A program made the position numbers and the translations under genes. A stretch of DNA of 58,995 bases from Myxococcota bacterium. GTDB lineage: Bacteria; Myxococcota_C; UBA6777. How positions within the stretch are numbered: the stretch's first letter is position 1; the number at the start of each line of letters is the position of its first letter. Shown piece after piece: positions 19,260 to 28,902 of this stretch. The notes under the pieces were generated by a model that saw only the letters and a list, made by a program, of their open reading frames with translations, was not told where the DNA came from and ran no database searches. The stretch is taken from assembly GCA_023150835.1 (NCBI GenBank), contig JAKLKB010000025.1, positions 1 through 58,995 of the forward strand. The letters are read 5' to 3'.

Positions 19260-19322
19260 GCAAGCAAGCGATGGTGGGTTTTCTTTTTTCGCTTCCAACA
19301 AGACATCGCGGGGTGTGGGGAT

Positions 19323-19491
19323 CGTCGCTGTGTTAAAGCATCGCTGTGTTAAAGCGTCGCTGTGTTAAAGCGTCGCTGTGTTAAAGCGTCGCTGTGTTAA
19401 AGCGTCGCTGTGTTAAAGCGTCGCTGTGTTAAAGCGTCGCTGTGCTAAAGCGTCGTTGTGCTAAAGCGTCGTTGTGCTAAAGCGTCGCTGT
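19323..19491. repeat. 16-bp tandem repeat (VNTR), ~10.5 copies
   Basis: CGTCGCTGTGTTAAAG head to tail, with the last three full units carrying T>C and C>T variants. Confidence 0.97.
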
Positions 19492-19505
19492 TTTTGAGGG
19501 GTGGG

Positions 19506-20591
19506 TTATCTTTTGAGTTGTTTTCGAAAAGACTCGATGGCGTCAATGTGACCGAGGACGATCAACGTCGTCAAGGCTTCAAACGTGTGATGTGGGGAGG
19601 GATTATAAGACCAAGAGGCGTGATTGGGCGAGTACACGGCGAGCAAAAGAAGTTCTCTTTGCCGAAGATCGGTCTCGCTGAGTTGTTTTCCGATATAAGA
19701 CGAGCGTTCGGGGAGAGTGAATTCTTCGATGCAGAGGTTGAGTTCGTTGTTTTTTGTGAGGAGATCGAGGAATTGGACAACGTGGGGGCGAACAAGCTCG
19801 GCGGCGATGCGGATGCCTCCGATGTAGTTGGGGGAAACGACTTGGTTGGCCCCTGCGCTTTTCAGTTTTTCAAAGGCGTTTAATTCGATGGCTTTGGACA
19901 CGATCTTGAGGCGGGGGTTCATACGCCTTGCGCTGATGGGGATAAACGGATTGTCTTTGTCCGAGGAAAGCAAGGTGACCAATCCGTAGGCGTGTTCGAT
20001 GCCCGCTTTTCGGAGGATCGCTTCTTCGGTGGCGTCTCCGATCACGGCGGGAAACTGGCCGAATTGGTCTTGCAAGAATTTGATGCGCGTGGCGTTGGTA
20101 TCGACGACGATGATATCGTGTTGCGAGTCGAGCAGTTCTTTGACCACATAGATGCCGGTTTCACCGCCACCACAGACGATGATGTGGTCTTTTTGTTTAG
20201 AGCTAAGGTACTCCATGGTTCGCTTCCACCAAAGGTCTTGGAACTCTCGACCGAGAAATACGGCCGTAATGGTCGAGATGAAGTAATAGTTGATCCACAT
20301 ACTGGCAAATAGAAGAAACACCATAAAAGGCCGACCATAGGGGCTTTCGTAGATCGGGATGGTCTCTCCGAAACCAGCGGTGGAGATGGCGATGACGGTC
20401 ATATAAAAGCACTCAAAGAAAGGCCATCGTCCTTGCCCGATTAGGTAAAAGCCTTCGGTACCGATGCCAAGGAGAACAAGCATACTGAGGGTGGCGTTGC
20501 GCAGGCGACGCCATGTTTCGCGTGTTGGGCTGGTGGGATCGCGGAGTTCGTAGTAGAGAAATCCGAAGGTGGCTTGGAAGTATCGTCGCAT
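19506..20591 (-). CDS. Two-TM potassium channel with TrkA-N/TrkA-C (RCK) domains
   Basis: Pore motif ISTAGFGE, HIIVCGGGETG Rossmann motif, GDAT, GANQVVSP and YNPSP. Confidence 0.92.
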   Translation of the reverse strand: MRRYFQATFGFLYYELRDPTSPTRETWRRLRNATLSMLVLLGIGTEGFYLIGQGRWPFFECFYMTVIAISTAGFGETIPIYESPYGRPFMVFLLFASMWINYYFISTITAVFLGREFQDLWWKRTMEYLSSKQKDHIIVCGGGETGIYVVKELLDSQHDIIVVDTNATRIKFLQDQFGQFPAVIGDATEEAILRKAGIEHAYGLVTLLSSDKDNPFIPISARRMNPRLKIVSKAIELNAFEKLKSAGANQVVSPNYIGGIRIAAELVRPHVVQFLDLLTKNNELNLCIEEFTLPERSSYIGKQLSETDLRQRELLLLAVYSPNHASWSYNPSPHHTFEALTTLIVLGHIDAIESFRKQLKR

Positions 20592-20648
20592 GGTGCTTTC
20601 ACGCAAAGCCTCGGTGGGAAGGGTATGTTTGGATGTGGAGGTGGGGGG

Positions 20649-22427
20649 TTAGTTAAGGAGTTGTTTGGCCTTTTGGTGGAGGGGATCGGAAGAGGGGAGG
20701 ATGCGCATGACCTGCATGAGCAGTCGTTTGGCTTCGTTGTTGTCGACGTCTTTGAGGACTTGGGCTTCTTCGAGCATTTTTTTTGCGCCGCTGCGGATCT
20801 GCGAGAGGCTGTTTTTGATCAAAGCGTTGGCGGGGTCGAGTTGGCTGGCCTCTTTGAGATCGTTGAAGGCGGCCATGTATTGTTTGCTGCCGATCAGGCT
20901 CGTGCCACGTTTGTGCAAGACGCGGGCGTAGGAACGCGCATAATAAGAGCGGCGACCTCCCCCAAGGCTGCGATCGGCACGCGCAGCGCGTGAAAGGTGG
21001 CTGATGGCCCGCGATGTCTCGTCCGAAGCAGCCGCGCTCATGCCGACGTTGACGTTACGTTGAAATTCGGTGACATGGCGTTTGTATTTTGCGGCATTTT
21101 TTCGGACACCTCGGGAACTTCCGCTGCTTTCAAGGCGGCGGAAGTAGATGATCGCTTCGGCATATCGACCGCTGTTGTAAAGGGACACGCCTTGTTGAAG
21201 ATTTCCTGAGCTGGGGCGTCGGTTGGAGCGCCGGTTGGAGCGTCGGGTGGGGCGTTGTTCGGGTGGGGTGTCTGGCTTTTTTTCTTCGATCTTGACGGTG
21301 GTTCCGGCTTCGATCTTTTGTTTGAGGTCGAGGGCTTCTTTGTAGTCGGGATCGATCTTGAGGATGGATTGGATGTGCTTGTTGGCGAGGTCGGGTTGGT
21401 TTGCAGCGACGGCGAGGTTGGCGGCAGCGAGTTTGGGCTGGATCTCTTTTTTATAGATGCGTTGTTGAAGCTGGCGTGCGTTGTGAAAAGAGTCCGTATC
21501 TTCGGGGATTTTGGTGAGGAGGCGCATGGCATCAACGGGTTTGTCTTCGTCGACATACAGGGTGCGAGCGCGTTGGAGCATATTTTGGGCGGAGAGTTCC
21601 TTACTAACGAGGCGGACATAACCGAGGATATCGGAGCGTATGGGATTGCCTTCGGTGACGCTTGCGGCCATACGAAGGGCTTGATCGGCCTCGACCCATT
21701 TTTTGTCTTTCATCAGGGCTTTTCCTCGATTGAAGTGTTCGAGGGCGACTTCAAGAGGGGTGGATTTTTTTTCGGGGGGTGGTTGTGTTTTCGGGTAATA
21801 ATAGCGATACCCCACATAGCCGAGGCCACCAAGGGCGATGAAGCCCACCAAAAAGACGATAAGCCCAAGAGCCGAACGTTCGGACTTTTTGGGAGACTCT
21901 TTGATCGGTGCGATCGGCAGGGCTTGGGGGAGTATGTCGCTGGACGCCGCCCGTTGTTCGTCTTCGGCGGCGTCTTGCTTTGGTGCATTCGGGGCGTCTT
22001 TTTCGGCGTTGGCGAGGTGATCGGGGACCATGAAATAAAGGCGAGAGTTTCCGACAACGAGTTCTTCGCCGCCGGTCAGCCAGCCTTCTGTGGAGAATTC
22101 GCCGTTCACTTGTGTGCCGTTGCCGCTGTTGAGATCTTGATACCAAAACAATTTGCCATCGGTGTTGATGGCCATGTGATGGCGGGAGACGGCGCGATCT
22201 TCGAGCGAGATATCGTTGTCTTCGGCGCGACCGACCATGACTTCGCCACGGATCGGGCATTCCCATTCTTCTCCTGTGGGATCGACCACCAGCAAGCGGT
22301 GTTCTTGGGCGATCTCAGGAGTGTTTCGGGGATAGCGTTTGCTGAGTTTGACGGCGACATCGTCGATAAGGACAGTCTGTTCTACTTTACCGAATTGGCG
22401 ACCAAAGTCCCGATCAAACGCGCTCAT
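20649..22427 (-). CDS. FHA domain - TM helix - TPR-like periplasmic protein (~592 aa)
   Basis: VGRAEDND..VSRHH..DLNSGNGT (intact FHA), one TM segment, helical repeats, and AAGGA RBS before ATG 22427. Confidence 0.87.
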   Translation of the reverse strand: MSAFDRDFGRQFGKVEQTVLIDDVAVKLSKRYPRNTPEIAQEHRLLVVDPTGEEWECPIRGEVMVGRAEDNDISLEDRAVSRHHMAINTDGKLFWYQDLNSGNGTQVNGEFSTEGWLTGGEELVVGNSRLYFMVPDHLANAEKDAPNAPKQDAAEDEQRAASSDILPQALPIAPIKESPKKSERSALGLIVFLVGFIALGGLGYVGYRYYYPKTQPPPEKKSTPLEVALEHFNRGKALMKDKKWVEADQALRMAASVTEGNPIRSDILGYVRLVSKELSAQNMLQRARTLYVDEDKPVDAMRLLTKIPEDTDSFHNARQLQQRIYKKEIQPKLAAANLAVAANQPDLANKHIQSILKIDPDYKEALDLKQKIEAGTTVKIEEKKPDTPPEQRPTRRSNRRSNRRPSSGNLQQGVSLYNSGRYAEAIIYFRRLESSGSSRGVRKNAAKYKRHVTEFQRNVNVGMSAAASDETSRAISHLSRAARADRSLGGGRRSYYARSYARVLHKRGTSLIGSKQYMAAFNDLKEASQLDPANALIKNSLSQIRSGAKKMLEEAQVLKDVDNNEAKRLLMQVMRILPSSDPLHQKAKQLLN

Positions 22428-22640
22428 ACTTGCATCCTTTTGTCCGATGTTGACGGTGGGCTTGGTGGCGGCCAGCTCGCCGCACGTTTGTGACGTGCTG
22501 TTTGAAAACAAGCAGGATGTCCCAAGCGCCAAGCCTGTAGGATATCTCGGCATCATAACGCAGCGAAGATCGGATTGCAAGGCAAGGCACTGAAAAGACT
22601 GTGATCTTGGGTAGTTAGAAATCGACGAAAGGCCGATGCG

Positions 22641-22738
22641 GAGGGGAGTCGTAGCGATCGTGCCGTGATGGCTGGGGCTTGGCGGCGAGACGCGATGCCC
22701 TGAGAGAGGGGAGCCGCAGCGATCGTGCCGTTATGGCT
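22641..22738. repeat. 33-bp imperfect direct repeat
   Basis: GAGGGGAG(T/C)CG(T/C)AGCGATCGTGCCGT(G/T)ATGGCT at 22641-22673 and 22706-22738. Confidence 0.8.
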
Positions 22739-23285
22739 CGATGGTGTGGGCGGCGTCGAGTTCTTCTTGGGAAGAGGTGGCGGCGTCTTGAAAAAGCAAA
22801 AGAACCCCTTCCGTTTGGGTATCGAGTTCGAGCAATTGAAAGGTGTTGTGGCGGGCTTCCCATGTATCAAGGACGGTGGATTCGTCGCAGACAGCGGCTT
22901 CGTCGAGGATCTCAAAATGCCAAAGGATCAGAGCGGGCAGATGGCTGAGGTGATCGACAACAAAAACAGCCTTGCGTTGGGGATCATCGTAGTGGTAGAC
23001 GAGAAAACAGCGCGAGGATTGTTCGGGGCAAAAGCGAAACGGTGGGAGGTGTTGTTCGAGGTCGATCCATCCGTCCCGTTGGACAAGTAAGAAGCTTTCA
23101 TTTTCGATAAGGAAGATATCTTGGAGCGAAAAGAGGCTTTGGATGCCGTAGGTTTGTTGCACCCACTGAAGGGCGCGTCCTGTGGAGGATGCAGAGATCA
23201 GGAGGGAGGGAGTGTTGGGCCAAGTCACTTCAAAGAGAGCCATGAGGACACCGTGGTTTGGGATCTTTGTTGGCGAGAGAGCCAT
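22731..23285 (-). CDS. Hypothetical protein (start 23285 or 23243)
   Basis: Co-oriented with its neighbours, C-ending codon bias like flanking minus-strand genes. No motif recognised. Confidence 0.6.
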   Translation of the reverse strand: MALSPTKIPNHGVLMALFEVTWPNTPSLLISASSTGRALQWVQQTYGIQSLFSLQDIFLIENESFLLVQRDGWIDLEQHLPPFRFCPEQSSRCFLVYHYDDPQRKAVFVVDHLSHLPALILWHFEILDEAAVCDESTVLDTWEARHNTFQLLELDTQTEGVLLLFQDAATSSQEELDAAHTIEP

Positions 23286-23344
23286 GAGAGAAGATCGTCG
23301 TTTTTGTTTCTATGGTCGATCTGAGAGGAAAAGGCAAGGAGGGA

Positions 23345-25879
23345 TCAAGTGCGGTGTTTTTTCTTGCGCAGGAAGAGAAGAAAAAACAGGCAGAAGAAGG
23401 GCCACAAAGAAAGAGGCGAAGAGGAGAAGGGCTGGCATCCAGAGAGCCAAGGGCCGTTGGGATAGGGGCGAAAGAGCAGGGTGGGTTGGGTTTCGAGGAG
23501 GTTTCCGTTAATCCAAGCGCGGAGGGTGGCTTGGGCGGGAGTGTGGGGAGCGCGCAGGCGGAGTTGATAGATGCCTTCGCTGGCTCCGCGTGGGGGGCCG
23601 AGGACTTCGCCGTGTGTGCTTTCGACACGGATCAACAGGTCATCGCGGGTGATCGCGACGCCGTCTCGATCTTTTGGGATCAAGAAGATCGTGGTTTCAG
23701 AACGCCCATCTGCGGGGAGTTGTGGATGGAGGACGCCAAAGGAAGAGGTATTTGGATCTGGGGCGGTGGCGCTTTGTTTTTGGAGGGTTTGGAGTGCGCG
23801 CAACAGGTCGATTTTTCCGAACCCCCAGAGGGGGTGATAGAGTTGTTGTGTGGTGGTGGTGTCTGCGCGAGCGCTGCGGATCAGCAGATTGCGGACTTGT
23901 TCGAGGTCCAATTGAGGGGATTGTTGGAGCAACAAGGCGATCGCCCCTGCGACGTGAGGGGCGGCTTGGCTGGTTCCTTGGGAGATGTGGTAGGCGGGGG
24001 TATCGAGTTGTGCGCGAAGAGGGGGAGTTTGTGTGCTGGAGGTGGTGGAGGCGATGTACATCCCGGGTGCGGATAGATCGGGTTTGGGGCGTCCGTCGGG
24101 GGTGGGTCCTTGGCTGGAAAAGCTGGAGAGTGTGCCTGTTGGGATGGATTCTTGGGCGAGTTGCCCCTCTGCGTTTTGCCACGCTGTTCGGGCATTATAC
24201 GAACCCACCGTGATGACGGAGGCCGCAGAACCCGGCATGGCGATGGTGTAGCCCGTCGTTGGGGGATCCAGAAAAAAGGCGCTGCTTTCGGGGAGGCGTG
24301 TCTGGGCGATCCAGATATGGAGCGGGTGCGCGGTTCCTTGCGCTTCGATAGTCCAAGTGCCGGTGGCAAGGGGAGAAGACGGGCTGTTGGACAGCAACAG
24401 CGCCCAAAGGCGTCGGGTGGGTGGTGTGCCATCTGTGCGTGTCGAGACGGCCAATGTTCCAACGTCGCTAACGATGGGCGTTTCCGTGCCTTGGTTTGCC
24501 TCAATCCGTGCGATCTCCTGTCCGTTGGGAGCGCGGATCGAGAAAGCCAAGGAGGCTTGTGCGTCACTCCAACATTCAAGAAGGACGCGGGCGGGGGCTT
24601 TTTCTGCGGAGAGGGGCTGTTGTCCCGGGATCACCAGTTTGATCCTTGCGGGCGCTTCGGGATGCGCCCATCCTCCCCAATAGATCGAGCGATCACCTTC
24701 GTTTCCGGCAGAGGCAACCAAGATCTGTCCGGGGAGCTTGGAGCCGGCATAAGCCGCCATCGCACGTTCCAAGAGCGTACTTCCATCGTGAGGGCCTTGG
24801 TGGCCGCCGAGCGAAAGATTGATCACATAGGGTTTTCGGGATAGTTTGGCGAATTGGTGAACGAATGCGACGGATTCAAGGAGATCTCCGCTATCGAATT
24901 CGCCTTGTCCATCGCGTAGAGCCTTGACGATCACGAGATCTGCGCGTGGAGCCATCCCCACATAAGGCGAGTCGCCCTCTTTGCTTTTCCCGTTGCCTGC
25001 GGCGATTCCAGCGACATGCGTTCCGTGTCCTGAGGTATCTTGGTGGAGGAGAGGTGTGTTGTTTTGGAGGGCTTGATCGATCTCTGGTTTGAGGAATAGG
25101 CGGGGAGGGCGTTTGCTTTCGACGGCGGGGAGAGAATAGTCCAACACGGCCAATACACGGGAGCTTCCATCAAAACGCCGAAACGCTGGATGTCGAAGAT
25201 CAAGGCCCGAGTCGATCACGCCGATGATCACGCCGCGCCCGTCGAGTCCGTACGTGACGCGGCTTTGTGGAACGCCGATTAGCGGGGCACTGACGTTGAG
25301 ATGAGGCTTGAGTGGCTCGCTGAGGGCGATCGCACGGGGCGGATCGGAAGAATGAAGCAGCGTATCGATCGCAGAAAGCGGCATCCAAGCGGCAAACACT
25401 CCGTTGCTTTGTGCGGATACTTCGATCCCTTGGGCTTGTAGCTCCTGATGAGTTTGGGGGGTAGCGTCGAGGAGAACGCGGAATATCGGGACATTTTCGA
25501 TGACTTGGTAATGGGTAAGTGGAGCAAGCCACGCAGGAAAAGACAGCGGGGTGGAAGGAAAAAGCGATGAGGCAGAAGGTAGGAGAAAGGTAGAGGTTGG
25601 CGGGGGTTTTTGGATTTGTGGCGAAGATGTCGGGTGTTTGGGGCGATGGATTGGAGAAAAAGACAGGCGTATGGGCGGGTTTTGCAACGAAGGGAGGGAA
25701 GGGCGTTGAGACAGCCAAAGTGTCAGACGGCTATCGAGGGAGACGTGTGCAGAGGGTGTGATGCGAGCGGGTGGGGGTGGGGAGCAAGCCCAAAGGCAAA
25801 ACAACAGAAGAAGGAAAAGCAGACGATACAACAGAAGAGGGAAAAGCAGACGATACAACGAACAGAGCCTTTGGCGCAC
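23345..25879 (-). CDS. S8 subtilisin-like serine protease with inserted domain, Big_1-like domain and MYXO-CTERM-like tail
   Basis: GVIDSG, HGTHVAGIAAG, SAGNEG, GTSQAAPHVAG and PQLPADGRSETT. C-terminal GC-x-TM-RKKK. 27-bp in-frame duplication in the signal peptide (25801-25859). Confidence 0.92.
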   Translation of the reverse strand: MRQRLCSLYRLLFPLLLYRLLFLLLLFCLWACSPPPPARITPSAHVSLDSRLTLWLSQRPSLPSLQNPPIRLSFSPIHRPKHPTSSPQIQKPPPTSTFLLPSASSLFPSTPLSFPAWLAPLTHYQVIENVPIFRVLLDATPQTHQELQAQGIEVSAQSNGVFAAWMPLSAIDTLLHSSDPPRAIALSEPLKPHLNVSAPLIGVPQSRVTYGLDGRGVIIGVIDSGLDLRHPAFRRFDGSSRVLAVLDYSLPAVESKRPPRLFLKPEIDQALQNNTPLLHQDTSGHGTHVAGIAAGNGKSKEGDSPYVGMAPRADLVIVKALRDGQGEFDSGDLLESVAFVHQFAKLSRKPYVINLSLGGHQGPHDGSTLLERAMAAYAGSKLPGQILVASAGNEGDRSIYWGGWAHPEAPARIKLVIPGQQPLSAEKAPARVLLECWSDAQASLAFSIRAPNGQEIARIEANQGTETPIVSDVGTLAVSTRTDGTPPTRRLWALLLSNSPSSPLATGTWTIEAQGTAHPLHIWIAQTRLPESSAFFLDPPTTGYTIAMPGSAASVITVGSYNARTAWQNAEGQLAQESIPTGTLSSFSSQGPTPDGRPKPDLSAPGMYIASTTSSTQTPPLRAQLDTPAYHISQGTSQAAPHVAGAIALLLQQSPQLDLEQVRNLLIRSARADTTTTQQLYHPLWGFGKIDLLRALQTLQKQSATAPDPNTSSFGVLHPQLPADGRSETTIFLIPKDRDGVAITRDDLLIRVESTHGEVLGPPRGASEGIYQLRLRAPHTPAQATLRAWINGNLLETQPTLLFRPYPNGPWLSGCQPFSSSPLSLWPFFCLFFLLFLRKKKHRT

Positions 25880-25923
25880 AATCGGCGCTTTTGGGGAGGC
25901 GCTTTTTGGAGGGCGAAGAAGGG

Positions 25924-26919
25924 TTATTCTTTTTTCTCTTCCTCGGCCTTTTTCTTAGCTTCTTCTTCGGCTTTTTTCTTGGCGGCTTCTTCTTCTTTGC
26001 GTTTCTTTTCTTCTTCGGCGGCGCGTTTTTTGGCTTCCGCGAAGCGTTTGCGCTCGCCTTCGATATCGGAGATAGACTTGGCGACGGTCTCGTGTTGTTT
26101 CGCGATCTGGATGCGGAAGAATTCGGCTTGAGAGATCCAAGCGGGGCCGTGCATAACTTCGGCGGAGACGATGAAGGTGAAAAACAGTTGGACCCAGACG
26201 ATATGAGAGCCCGTCAAGGCGGTCGAAAGAAAAGCTCCTTGTTGGTACACGATCATGACCACACCAAACAAGATGCTTGAAGAGACAAAGATTCCAAGGA
26301 GGGGAGAAGCGTACACCAGAGGGAACGTGAACAAACCGATCCCGACGCTGACAAAGATCGCACGTGCGATGGTGTTTTTCGGATTGGCGCGGTCCGTGAG
26401 TTTCAGCAAGACAAACAACAGCAAACCGCCAAGCAAGACGGAGGCGATCAAGAAGGCGGCAAAGGCGGTGAGAAATCCGCCGATCTGCCCAGCTTGTTCA
26501 GCTTGCTTTTTCAAGGAGACGAGTTGATCGGTGCATTTGTTGGCTTCCTTGACGTTGCAGCCTGCTTTGACGACACAGTCCAAGTATTTTTTTTGGCGGC
26601 CTGCAAACACATCGTCGCACAAACGTTGCGCAGTAGAGAGCATCTCTTTGAAGTTTTTGTGCGCTTCGCCCGGGGTGTAGCATGACGCAAAAGCCTCGCC
26701 GGGGGGTTGGGTGCAGATCTGCCCAGCGGTACATTGGTTTCCTTCGCCGCGCTTGCAAGTGGCTTCTTGTTTTTCGCCAAAATCGGCGAGGACCTTGTCT
26801 TCGCAAGCGGCGAGTTGTTCGGCGTATTGGGAGCAAGATGGTTTGGCGCAACCCTGCGTAAGCGCACCGAGAGGGAGCAGGCTTGAAAAAAGCAGCAAGC
26901 ACAAGAACTTTCTGGTCAT
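25924..26919 (-). CDS. Hypothetical membrane lipoprotein (Cys-rich N-domain, ~4 TM, Lys/Glu-rich tail)
   Basis: MTRKFLCLLL...TQGC lipobox-like start, hydrophobic block and AAEEEKKRK tail. Confidence 0.8.
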   Translation of the reverse strand: MTRKFLCLLLFSSLLPLGALTQGCAKPSCSQYAEQLAACEDKVLADFGEKQEATCKRGEGNQCTAGQICTQPPGEAFASCYTPGEAHKNFKEMLSTAQRLCDDVFAGRQKKYLDCVVKAGCNVKEANKCTDQLVSLKKQAEQAGQIGGFLTAFAAFLIASVLLGGLLLFVLLKLTDRANPKNTIARAIFVSVGIGLFTFPLVYASPLLGIFVSSSILFGVVMIVYQQGAFLSTALTGSHIVWVQLFFTFIVSAEVMHGPAWISQAEFFRIQIAKQHETVAKSISDIEGERKRFAEAKKRAAEEEKKRKEEEAAKKKAEEEAKKKAEEEKKE

Positions 26920-27027
26920 GGAGATCAACCTTTTTTTGTGTACGGGTCGATATGTGGAGGACGTGATACGTTGCGTTTGTAAAACAAAAGACGAAGCGTC
27001 ACAAGGGAGCGAAAAAAACAAGCCGCA

Positions 27028-27073
27028 GATCGTTTGCAAAAGGTCGGTACGGATCGTTTGCAAAAGGTCGGTA
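27028..27073. repeat. 22-bp direct repeat, period 24
   Basis: GATCGTTTGCAAAAGGTCGGTA twice. Confidence 0.9.
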
Positions 27074-27129
27074 GCGACGCGCCTTCGCTCGAATTTGAGG
27101 GGCGATTGTAGCGATGGGGTTGGGCAGGG

Positions 27130-28728
27130 TCAATACTTTTTTCCGGTAGCGGGTCGCAGGGGGGATTGGAGGGAGGAGGTTTGGTAGAAGGGAAGGGCTT
27201 TTTGGAGCATATCGTGAAGAAGTTGCTCGAAAGACATCTGATGTTTTTCGGCGAGGGACTTGAGGTGTTTGTATTGGGCGCTGCGAAAGCGGAGGGTGTA
27301 GAGGATCTCGCTATCTTGGGCGTGGGGGGCCGAGTCGATCTCTTCGGAAGATCCAGCCGAGGGTGCGGGGGCAAGCGCGGTGGGGCCTTCGGGAAAGGGA
27401 TCACCTTGGAAAAGAGAGGGATCAAAATCGTCCAAAGATTCGGGGGAAGCCGAAGGTAGCGGAGGTTTGGGGCCGATGGTGCGTTCGTCGGTTTCGGAGA
27501 GTGTCGCGGAAGGGAGCATCTCGACAGAGGGCGGTTCATCGGGGGCGATATCTTCGGAGGAGAGGGCGGCAAGATCGGGGTCGGTGTCTAGATCAACAAG
27601 GCGCAGCGGCTTTCGCGGGGCGAGATCGTGGGTGTCTGGCTCGGAGAAATCGTCTTCGGGAGGGCGAAGAGGAGAGAGAGCTTGGGAAGACAGCGGGGTG
27701 GGATCGGGGACAGCGGCCATGTGAGCGGAGGTGAATTCGAGGGCTTGTTGGGTTCCGAGGATCTCTGCGATCTGTTTTTCGATGTAGCGGTTTTCGCGGG
27801 TGATCTCGTCGGCAAAGAGCTGCTTGATAAAGTTGGAGAGGTGGAGGTTGGTGGGATTAAAGGGAAAACGGGAGAGCAGATTATTGAGTTCGTATTGGAT
27901 CTCCCAAGCGTTTTGGTAGCGGGCTTCGGGATCTTTGGCGAGGGCTTTGAGGATGATCGGCTCGATCTCCCAAGGAAAGTCTTCTTTGAAGTAAGAAGGC
28001 GGATAGATCGGCCCTTCGGCGATCGACTTGAGGATGGCGAGTTCGTTTTCGCCCGAGAACAGGCGATAGCCCGTCACGAGTTCGTAAAAGACGATCCCAA
28101 GGCTAAAGATATCGGAGCGTTGGTCGACTTCGCCATCAAGGATCTGTTCAGGCGACATATACGAGACTTTGCCTTTGAGCGTGCCTTCTTGCGTTTGTTC
28201 GAGGCTGTTGGCTGCCTTGGCGATCCCAAAGTCGAGGACTTTGACGCCGCCATCGAAGGAAACAAAAATGTTTTGAGGCGAGATATCGCGGTGGACGAGG
28301 TGGAGGGGGTTTCCGAGATGGTCGGTTTTGCAGTGCGCGTAGTAGAGACCTTCGCAGACTTGGGAGATGATCTTGATCGCGTATTCGATGGGAAAAGGGA
28401 TCTTTTCGGTTTGTGCTTTGAGGGCGATCTCGGACAGATCGCGCCCGTTGATGTACTCCATCGCGATAAAGTAGGAGTCCTCGATCTTTCCCATATCATA
28501 GATTTGGACGATATGCGGGTGGTTGAGCTGGGCAGCGAGGCGCGCTTCGTTGAGGAACATCTTGACGAAGCTGCGTTCTTTGGCGAGGTGAGGCTTGATC
28601 TTTTTGATCACGACGATCTTGGCGAAACCTTCGGGGCCTGCGAGGTGCGCAAGCCAGATCTCCGCCATGCCACCAACGGCAAGTTGTTCGATCAGGGTGT
28701 AGCGTCCGAGCTTTTGTCCACGGGCCAA
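27130..28728 (-). CDS. Hanks-type Ser/Thr protein kinase, cytoplasmic, with RHH-like C-terminus
   Basis: LAVGGMAEIWLA, VVIKK, HRDISPQN, DFGIAK, YMSPEQ and DIFSLG. Start inferred at TTG 28728 after GAGG (frame open to 28890). Confidence 0.93.
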   Translation of the reverse strand: MARGQKLGRYTLIEQLAVGGMAEIWLAHLAGPEGFAKIVVIKKIKPHLAKERSFVKMFLNEARLAAQLNHPHIVQIYDMGKIEDSYFIAMEYINGRDLSEIALKAQTEKIPFPIEYAIKIISQVCEGLYYAHCKTDHLGNPLHLVHRDISPQNIFVSFDGGVKVLDFGIAKAANSLEQTQEGTLKGKVSYMSPEQILDGEVDQRSDIFSLGIVFYELVTGYRLFSGENELAILKSIAEGPIYPPSYFKEDFPWEIEPIILKALAKDPEARYQNAWEIQYELNNLLSRFPFNPTNLHLSNFIKQLFADEITRENRYIEKQIAEILGTQQALEFTSAHMAAVPDPTPLSSQALSPLRPPEDDFSEPDTHDLAPRKPLRLVDLDTDPDLAALSSEDIAPDEPPSVEMLPSATLSETDERTIGPKPPLPSASPESLDDFDPSLFQGDPFPEGPTALAPAPSAGSSEEIDSAPHAQDSEILYTLRFRSAQYKHLKSLAEKHQMSFEQLLHDMLQKALPFYQTSSLQSPLRPATGKKY

Positions 28729-28902
28729 GATGGTGTCCTCGATGCCTAGAAGTTGAGGCGCTGTGTATCGTGTGGATGAGTACGAAAGACCCGCCTTTTG
28801 CGCCTGAAGGATGGCTGAGGAATCTAACACAGAGACTTTTGCAAAGACAAGGCAGATCGTGGAAGGTGTAGAAAAAGCGTGACTACGCACTCATGGGACC
28901 GC

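Noticed and set aside
19323-19491. CRISPR array
   Set aside because: 16-bp units are contiguous with no unique spacers, and no cas genes are in the window.
22725-23090. + strand 121-aa ORF
   Set aside because: Overlaps a longer minus-strand ORF that fits operon direction and local codon bias better. Not fully excluded.
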